From contig OZ244197.1 of the NCBI GenBank assembly GCA_965216785.1, positions 2,720,001-2,784,000 on the forward strand: a stretch of DNA of 64,000 bases. The letters run 5' to 3'. The notes under the pieces were generated by a model that was given only the letters and a program-made list of their open reading frames with translations, searched no databases and was not told where the DNA came from. Below, one piece after another: positions 57,666 to 64,000 of this stretch (its first letter is position 1; each line of letters opens with the position of its first letter). A program made the position numbers and the translations under genes. This DNA comes from Thermodesulfobacteriota bacterium. Its GTDB lineage: Bacteria; Desulfobacterota_D; UBA1144; Nemesobacterales; UBA2774.

Positions 57666-58655
57666 TTATTTGCGTTTAAGAACATTTTTTACGGCTTTGG
57701 TTATTCCATCAGAGCTGAGACCGAATTTTTTCATAAGCTGCTCTGGCTCGCCCGATTCTCCGAAGCGGTCCATTATGGCAACATATTCCATAGGTACGGG
57801 ATGATTGAGGGAGAGAACCTCGGCTACAGCGCTTCCCAGGCCCCCATGTACCTGGTGCTCCTCGGCAGTGACTATAGCTCCGGTTTCCTTAGCAGCTTTA
57901 ATGACTGTTTTTTGATCCAGGGGTTTTATGGTGTGGGAGTTGATTACACGCACGTCTATGCCTTCAGAGGACAGGTTTTCCGCCGCAACCAGGGCTTCGT
58001 AAACGAGCGAGCCGCACGCAATAACCGTAACGTCTTCGCCCTCCCTGTAGGTTTCGGCCCTTCCGATCTTAAAGGGAGTTTTCTCGCTTGTAATTACAGG
58101 GACATTCTCTCTGCCAAAGCGCATATAAAACGGCTCTTCTATCCCGGCCATCTGTATAGCAGCTTTTTTTGTCTCCCAATAATCGCAGGGGACTATGACA
58201 TTTAGGTTTGGAAGCACTCTGGTGATAGCGATATCCTCAAGAGCCTGGTGTGTGGCGCCGTCAGGACCTACGGAAATGCCCGCGTGCGCGCCCATGATCT
58301 TTACGTTGGCCATGCTGTAGCAGATACTCACCCGTATCTGGTCCCAGTTCCTGCCGGGGCTGAAGGTGGCATAGGAGGACATATAGGGAACCTTGCCCGA
58401 AAACGCCAGACCTGCGGATATACCGGCCATATTCTGCTCGGCTATGCCGACTTCAATGAATCGCTCGGGGTACTTCGCTTCAAACTTGGCGGAGCGGGTG
58501 GATTCGGTAAGGTCGCAGCACAGTACGACAACGTTCTCGTCCGCGTCTCCAGCCTCTACGACACCGTCCCCGTAGCCGTTACGTTGAGGAATTTGCTCAG
58601 GGGTATCGAAGATATTTCCTGCCAGGTGCATTTTTTTGTTTAGTTTATCACTCAT
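57666..58655 (-). CDS. Transketolase, C-terminal subunit
   Basis: GIAEQNM, GPDGATHQ, IKPLD, EEHQ..GGLG. Confidence 0.94.
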   Translation of the reverse strand: MSDKLNKKMHLAGNIFDTPEQIPQRNGYGDGVVEAGDADENVVVLCCDLTESTRSAKFEAKYPERFIEVGIAEQNMAGISAGLAFSGKVPYMSSYATFSPGRNWDQIRVSICYSMANVKIMGAHAGISVGPDGATHQALEDIAITRVLPNLNVIVPCDYWETKKAAIQMAGIEEPFYMRFGRENVPVITSEKTPFKIGRAETYREGEDVTVIACGSLVYEALVAAENLSSEGIDVRVINSHTIKPLDQKTVIKAAKETGAIVTAEEHQVHGGLGSAVAEVLSLNHPVPMEYVAIMDRFGESGEPEQLMKKFGLSSDGITKAVKNVLKRK

Positions 58656-59505
58656 GTTCGCATTTGATCTTACCGCCCAGGGAGCGGAGCTCGGCAAGAG
58701 CCTTGCGGGCTTCCTCTTTATTGGGCGGCTTTCCGTGCCACTCGGGCTTGAACTCCATGAAATCTACCCCTTTCCCCGGTATCGTGTGCGCAAGTAAAAC
58801 CGTAGGTTTTTCAAATATATCCTGCGCTTCTTTAAACGACTCGATAAGCGTTCTTATATCGTGCCCGCCCGTCTCGATGACATGAAAATTAAACGATGCG
58901 AGCTTGTCCTTTAGAGGCTCAAGGGGCATTACTTCTTCCGTAAAACCGTCAATCTGGATATTGTTCCTGTCTATTATGAGGGTGAAATTGTGCAGGCGGT
59001 TTTTGCCGACAAACATGAGGGCTTCCCATATCTGCCCCTCATCCATCTCACCGTCGCCGATCATGCAGTACACCCTGTTGCGTCTGCCGTTAATCTTGTC
59101 CGCCATAGCCATACCGGCCGCGATCGAAATACCCTGGGCGAGCGGACCGCCCGAGGCTTCAAGCCCCGGAAGAGTGCCCCTGTGGGGATGACCCTGGAGT
59201 CTTGAGCCTAGCTTTCTGAGCGTAAGGATCTCTTCTTTGGGGAAGTAGCCTGCTTCCGCAAGGGTCGCGTATAGCACGGGGCAGATGTGAGCGTTACTTA
59301 AAACGAACCTGTCCCTTTCTTCCCACTCAGGGTTCTTGGGGTCGTGCTTCATTATGTGGAAATAGAGCGTCGCGAAGATGTCCGCCGTACCCAAAGCGCC
59401 CGCGGAATGGCCTGACCCCGCCTCGACGAGCATCTTTATGATGTCCTCACGGATGTGGTTTGCCATGTCTTCGATGTAATTTATCTGCTCATCGGTTACG
59501 CCCAA
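58648..59505 (-). CDS. Transketolase, N-terminal subunit
   Basis: AGSGH, RDRFVLS, LQGHP, GDGE..EG, KGVDFME..WHG; TTG start behind GAGGT. Confidence 0.94.
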   Translation of the reverse strand: MGVTDEQINYIEDMANHIREDIIKMLVEAGSGHSAGALGTADIFATLYFHIMKHDPKNPEWEERDRFVLSNAHICPVLYATLAEAGYFPKEEILTLRKLGSRLQGHPHRGTLPGLEASGGPLAQGISIAAGMAMADKINGRRNRVYCMIGDGEMDEGQIWEALMFVGKNRLHNFTLIIDRNNIQIDGFTEEVMPLEPLKDKLASFNFHVIETGGHDIRTLIESFKEAQDIFEKPTVLLAHTIPGKGVDFMEFKPEWHGKPPNKEEARKALAELRSLGGKIKCEHE

Positions 59506-59601
59506 GCGCTTTACCTCGCATAGTGGAGTCAGTGGCTTAATATAATATAAATTCTGTGGGAATGCCAAATATATTTATGATGCGCAGACTGGAAATGGGT
59601 T

Positions 59602-60030
59602 TTAATCTATGTTCTTTTTCATTGAGAGGATATTTCGGTTGTTTTCTCTTCTGTACTCAAGCGCGTCCATGTAGTGCCGGACAAGGTGAATGCCGAGACC
59701 GCCTATGGGGCGCTCTTCTATGGACGCGTCTAAGTCAGGGGGCTCCTGCTCAAGCGGGTTAAATGCCTTGCCGTCGTCCTCAACCTCAATCTCAAGCCCA
59801 CCGTCTATACGAACGATCCTTACTACTATAATATGCTCGTGATCGTCCTCATAGCCGTAGGACATGATATTGGCGACGACCTCTTCAAGAGAGAGGTTCA
59901 GGGCAAATAATATTTGTTGGGAATGGCCTGAGCTCTCGCAATATTCTGTTATCTCTTGTGAAAGTCTTCCAAGCTCTGACAGATCGTTCTTAAGCTCAAG
60001 AGTTATATCTTTATTCATATCCGGACTCAT
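59602..60030 (-). CDS. Anti-sigma factor Ser/Thr kinase (RsbW/SpoIIAB-like)
   Basis: LEEVVANIMSYG, DDGKAFNP, GGLGIHLV. Confidence 0.92.
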   Translation of the reverse strand: MSPDMNKDITLELKNDLSELGRLSQEITEYCESSGHSQQILFALNLSLEEVVANIMSYGYEDDHEHIIVVRIVRIDGGLEIEVEDDGKAFNPLEQEPPDLDASIEERPIGGLGIHLVRHYMDALEYRRENNRNILSMKKNID

Positions 60031-61598
60031 GGTTTATTGTACCTAAGCGCAAGCATGGTGATGTCGTCAGATTGCGGGGTCTCTCCAGAGAATCTCTGCA
60101 CGTCCTCAAATACATAATTAATGATACCTTGTGTGTCAGAAACGGCTCTATTTTTAAGAAGCTCATCCAGGCGCTCATCTGAATACTGGTTGTTGTCTCC
60201 GTCCATAGCCTCGGTAACGCCGTCTGTGTAGAGGAATAAAACATCGCTTTTCTCAAATGTTCTAGCTGAGCTTACATACTCTGCGTCATCCATTACACCA
60301 AGGCACATACCGCCTTTGTTATCGAGCATCTCGACGCCCCCGTCTTGGGACAGGAGATAAGGGGGGTTATGGCCCGCAGAGCAGTAAGTGAACTCGCCGG
60401 TATGTATATCGAGCATACCGAAGAATAGTGTTACGAACATACAGGCATCGTTGTCTTTTGAGAGTTCTTTATTTACCTTTTCAAGCACTTGCGCCGGTGA
60501 TAGCTCGGTAGAAGCCGTGGCCTTGATTAAGGTTTTAGTTACGGCCATAAAGAGCGCCGCCGGCACCCCTTTTCCGGAGACGTCGCCTATGACGACAAAA
60601 AGCTTATCTTCTATGGGCTCGGAAGTGGCGTTATCGCCCTCGGGCTCTAAGAAAAAGAAATCGTACAGATCGCCGCCAACTTCTTTTGCAGGCACGATTT
60701 TGGCGTCGATATCTATTTCTTTTACGTGCGGGAACGGGGGAAAATGCTGAGGGAGTATGCTGAGCTGAATCTCGCGCGCTACGTTAAGCTCTCCTTCGAT
60801 ACGCTCTTTTGCCGCGACGGTCTCAGTGAGGTTTTTGATAGACTCTGAGAGCTTTTTTTCCATATGTACGAACGAGCGGGCAAGATCGCCAATTTCGTCT
60901 TTGGAGCTCCGCGCAATAGGCTCTATCTCCGCGCTGAGCTTATCTATGTCTGAGATGTCCGAGAGATCGGATTGCGCAAGCTTGGACGCATTATCGGCAA
61001 GGGTATTGAGAGGAGATGATATCCTGCCGATAAGGAGATAGCTGAGCGCGATGGTAAGGATGAATAATATGAAAATTAGTATCTGCTGCTTTAGGACGAT
61101 AGAAATTATCTGGCCTCTTATGATGCCCCGGTCCATACCCACCATAACGTAACCTGCCACACCGCCCAGAACGGGGGATGTGATATTGAGGAAATCCCCG
61201 ACGTCGTCATAAGTTAGAGGGAGGATTTCACTGTTTGAATTAAGATACGTACTATCAAGCCGCTCTGATAGCTCAGCTACCTGAGCGGGAATGCCGGGCA
61301 CGAAAGTATGTGAGACAATATCGCCTGTGTTGTCCACAATTACTATATAGGCAACGCCCAGGATATTCAGGTATTGATCAATGACGGACTGAAGGGTCGC
61401 GGGCTCGCTGTTGATCAGCATATCCACACTCGAATCTGACAAGCTGAGAGCAATGGAGCTGCCCTTGGCTTTAAACTCGTCGCTCAACCCCTTGTAAATA
61501 TTCCAGCCCGAAAGGGCGGAGGTCGCGGTAGCAACGATGCCGAAAAGTATGATCATTATAATGAGCGTTTTTTTAAATAGTCTCGACATTTGTATCAC
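60027..61598 (-). CDS. Membrane HAMP + PP2C (SpoIIE/RsbU) phosphatase
   Basis: Two TM helices, HAMP (DEIGDL), VGGDLYD, GDVSGKG, YTDGVTEA, DDIT. Confidence 0.94.
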   Translation of the reverse strand: MIQMSRLFKKTLIIMIILFGIVATATSALSGWNIYKGLSDEFKAKGSSIALSLSDSSVDMLINSEPATLQSVIDQYLNILGVAYIVIVDNTGDIVSHTFVPGIPAQVAELSERLDSTYLNSNSEILPLTYDDVGDFLNITSPVLGGVAGYVMVGMDRGIIRGQIISIVLKQQILIFILFILTIALSYLLIGRISSPLNTLADNASKLAQSDLSDISDIDKLSAEIEPIARSSKDEIGDLARSFVHMEKKLSESIKNLTETVAAKERIEGELNVAREIQLSILPQHFPPFPHVKEIDIDAKIVPAKEVGGDLYDFFFLEPEGDNATSEPIEDKLFVVIGDVSGKGVPAALFMAVTKTLIKATASTELSPAQVLEKVNKELSKDNDACMFVTLFFGMLDIHTGEFTYCSAGHNPPYLLSQDGGVEMLDNKGGMCLGVMDDAEYVSSARTFEKSDVLFLYTDGVTEAMDGDNNQYSDERLDELLKNRAVSDTQGIINYVFEDVQRFSGETPQSDDITMLALRYNKP

Positions 61599-61604
61599 TC
61601 GAAA

Positions 61605-62864
61605 TTACTTGAAAATACTCCAGTCTTTTATGGGAACGTAGCGTCCGTTTTCGGCCGTATTGTAATAGACTCTGCTCAGGCCCTGATTATTATCGGCGCT
61701 GAAAGAAACATACTCTCCTAATCCAATATCGTAGTCTGAAATATTCTCCACAGTACGCTTAATTTCGCTTTTATTCTGCTCGCTCCCGAGCCTCTTTAGC
61801 ACTTCGACCAACAGCTTCGCGTTAAGAAAACCCTCGAAGCTTACAAATCCGTAATTGTCTTTTTCATTTTTCGCGATGTGTGAGTGGGCGCTCGTGCTAT
61901 CCACAGTCTCCGGCATACGGTGTGTATACTCGGCCACGAGGTCCCTGTATTCCATGACTGCGGGAATGGAGGTGTCCAGATAATTTGGTACGACTTCTGA
62001 ATTGATTAAATTCCGGGTGTAGTCTTTTGAGTTTTCCCGACCTGCTTTGAGAAGAAGATCGAGCATACTCTCACTGCCTACGAAAGAAACGTTTGCGATG
62101 GGCACATCGAGGCCCCCTTCCCTTGCGTCCCGGATAAACCCGGCGCTTGCCTCATACGCGCCGATCGAGATGACGGCGTCGGGGTTTGCTTGCTTTATTA
62201 TATCGACCTGCTCATCGAAGCTCGATTCAAACTCGGCTCCCCTTCGGTAAGTAGCTTCTGCCACTATGTCGAGCCCGTAATTATCGAGCGCTTTCCTGAC
62301 TCCGTCCCACCCGCTGCGCCCGTAGGCGTCGGCCTGATAAAACACAGCTATTTTAGGCTTTCCGATCTTGACGAAATTATTCACGAGACCCTCTGTCTCC
62401 TGAATGTAAGAAGGCCTCAAATTAAAGACATAATCTTTATACGGCGCTCGTCTTTGAGGCTCCGCCCCGGTGAATGGGAAAAACAGGAATATCTCTTTAT
62501 TTTCATAAATTTTTAGAACCGGGAGAGCCCTTGTAACTGTAGGGGTGCCGACGTAACCGATTAGTAGAAATACGTTATCCTGATCGATGAGCTTTAGCGT
62601 GTTGTTAATCGCCGGAAGGGGATTGTAACCGTCGTCGTAGGCAATTAGCTCGATCTTTTTGCCGTTAACGCCGCCGTTTTTATTAACATGATCAAAATAG
62701 GCCATCATCCCGTTGTATAGCTCGTAACCAAGCTCACGAGAGGGGCCCGAGAAAGCGGCGGACATTCCGATGAGGATTTTATCATCTTCCTGAGCATAGG
62801 ACGATATGCTAAATAGCATGCATATAATATATATAACTGATATTAATTTATGTGCAGGCTTCAT
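61605..62864 (-). CDS. Periplasmic ligand-binding protein (type 1, LivJ-like)
   Basis: IGMSAAFSGP, GGVNGKKIELIAYDDGY, GYVGTPT. Confidence 0.9.
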   Translation of the reverse strand: MKPAHKLISVIYIICMLFSISSYAQEDDKILIGMSAAFSGPSRELGYELYNGMMAYFDHVNKNGGVNGKKIELIAYDDGYNPLPAINNTLKLIDQDNVFLLIGYVGTPTVTRALPVLKIYENKEIFLFFPFTGAEPQRRAPYKDYVFNLRPSYIQETEGLVNNFVKIGKPKIAVFYQADAYGRSGWDGVRKALDNYGLDIVAEATYRRGAEFESSFDEQVDIIKQANPDAVISIGAYEASAGFIRDAREGGLDVPIANVSFVGSESMLDLLLKAGRENSKDYTRNLINSEVVPNYLDTSIPAVMEYRDLVAEYTHRMPETVDSTSAHSHIAKNEKDNYGFVSFEGFLNAKLLVEVLKRLGSEQNKSEIKRTVENISDYDIGLGEYVSFSADNNQGLSRVYYNTAENGRYVPIKDWSIFK

Positions 62865-63025
62865 ATCTTCAGACCGATAGCGCATGAACGGCAGTGCAGC
62901 CGAGCGTTTGGTACAACTCAGAGATTAACATACTTGATTTTTCTAAATATATATCGGACAGAGCAATTAGCCAATTATGTTTATCAGATAATCCCGGGGT
63001 GAAAGCTTTTAGTGAATAAGGGAGT

Positions 63026-63373
63026 TCAAGCGGGAATTTTCAAGGCTTCTAAGGCTTTTTCATACTCGTGCTCTATGGGCATGATTTTATCAAAGCCCGA
63101 GGTTTTAAGGACTTCTTCGACATCGGGATGCGGTTTAAGCAGCACGACTTTTGCGCCGTTTTTATCTAGAGCTTTCGCAGCTTTGACCAACATACGCAAA
63201 CCTATAGAGGCTAAGAAATCCACATCTGCGATATCGACTAAAACGGGTCTTTTGCGTGTAACGGTCTGGCGCGTAAACTCCCAATCTAGATCACCGATAC
63301 CCTGAAGGTCGACTCTACCCGAAAGCGCAATATGGGTAAATTCCGGGCTTGCGTTTACGAGGGTCATTTCCAA
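63026..63373 (-). CDS. STAS domain anti-anti-sigma factor
   Basis: LSGRVD, VDFLASIGLRML, VLKTSGF. Confidence 0.9.
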   Translation of the reverse strand: MEMTLVNASPEFTHIALSGRVDLQGIGDLDWEFTRQTVTRKRPVLVDIADVDFLASIGLRMLVKAAKALDKNGAKVVLLKPHPDVEEVLKTSGFDKIMPIEHEYEKALEALKIPA

Positions 63374-63400
63374 AAGACTTAAGCTCCTAGGAAGGTTTTA

Positions 63401-63742
63401 TCATTCAAGCTCTGTAGCGCATGAATGACAGCGATCCGTGTATGGCAGGGCTTCGAGTCTTGCGACTCTGATGGGTCCGTCACAGACGGCGCACGTGCCG
63501 TACTCGCCATTATCTACGCGGGCCAGAGCCGCATAAATCTGATTGAGCTCAACACGTATATTGGATCCGAGCGCTTCCACTACCTCTTCATTCTCACGCT
63601 CCTGTGCCTGCTCACTCCAGTCCTTTGCATGAGTTTTTCTGAGTGAAGCATCGACCCTTTCCAGGCGCTCTTCAAGCTCATCTTTTTTTGCGTTCAGCTT
63701 TTCTATGAGAGAATCAATCTCTTTCATGATCAACTCCGGCAT
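63401..63742 (-). CDS. TraR/DksA C4-type zinc finger protein
   Basis: ALARVDNGEYGTCAVC..RLEALPYTDRCHSCA. Confidence 0.92.
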   Translation of the reverse strand: MPELIMKEIDSLIEKLNAKKDELEERLERVDASLRKTHAKDWSEQAQERENEEVVEALGSNIRVELNQIYAALARVDNGEYGTCAVCDGPIRVARLEALPYTDRCHSCATELE

Positions 63743-64000
63743 TTACGGATTGAATACATAAATATCATAACATATGCACGACCGAGTTCCAGACCCGTAG
63801 TATAAGAAAATTACTTATTAACAGCTATAATCTAAGATGTATGGAAGACAAACTCCGCCTGCAATATTTAAAGAAACGGGCGGACTTGGTAATTATGGTT
63901 TATAAGAGATTGGCGGTTGTTAGCCGGTTTAATTAAAAAACCTGAAGTATGGTTCTTTTGAAAAGCGGGTTAAGCTCATCCATTGAGTTATCCCTGATCA

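Noticed and set aside
57666-59505. Split transketolase as a frameshifted pseudogene
   Set aside because: Two-subunit transketolases are common; both halves are intact and translationally coupled
63933-64000. Possible 3' end of a minus-strand gene entering from the right edge (..NPLFKRTILQVF-stop)
   Set aside because: Too short to support from this window

Overview
Gene-dense 64 kb bacterial chromosomal window, about 45% GC by eye, from a diderm organism. Tandem IPTL-CTERM proteins, many lipoproteins and a clade II nosZ suggest Ca. Dadabacteria or a related Desulfobacterota-like lineage (inference, not verified). The left end holds an N2O-respiration locus: a Sec/lipoprotein-type nosZ running off the edge, a cytochrome c, an outer-membrane beta-barrel, and a GNAT-PAS kinase-sigma54 activator operon. 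Each of the three transcription units has a near-consensus sigma54 -24/-12 promoter and a shared upstream motif. The middle has housekeeping genes (apt, aroB, trmB, tRNA-Ser, ffs, dnaX-ybaB-recR, gloA, rarA, mtnN, split transketolase) mixed with secreted proteins, peptidoglycan hydrolases, small regulators and REP-like palindrome mosaics. The right end has a ligand-binding protein/PP2C/anti-sigma/STAS partner-switching module. Non-obvious signals include an A9 slippage site in dnaX, a candidate promoter-plus-hairpin sRNA, a hairpin-dense intergenic tract, a PHM-like copper protein with an altered CuH site, and an esterase-GH18-like fusion. No transposase, integrase, prophage, CRISPR array or rRNA was seen. 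All calls come from reading motifs by eye; no database search was run.
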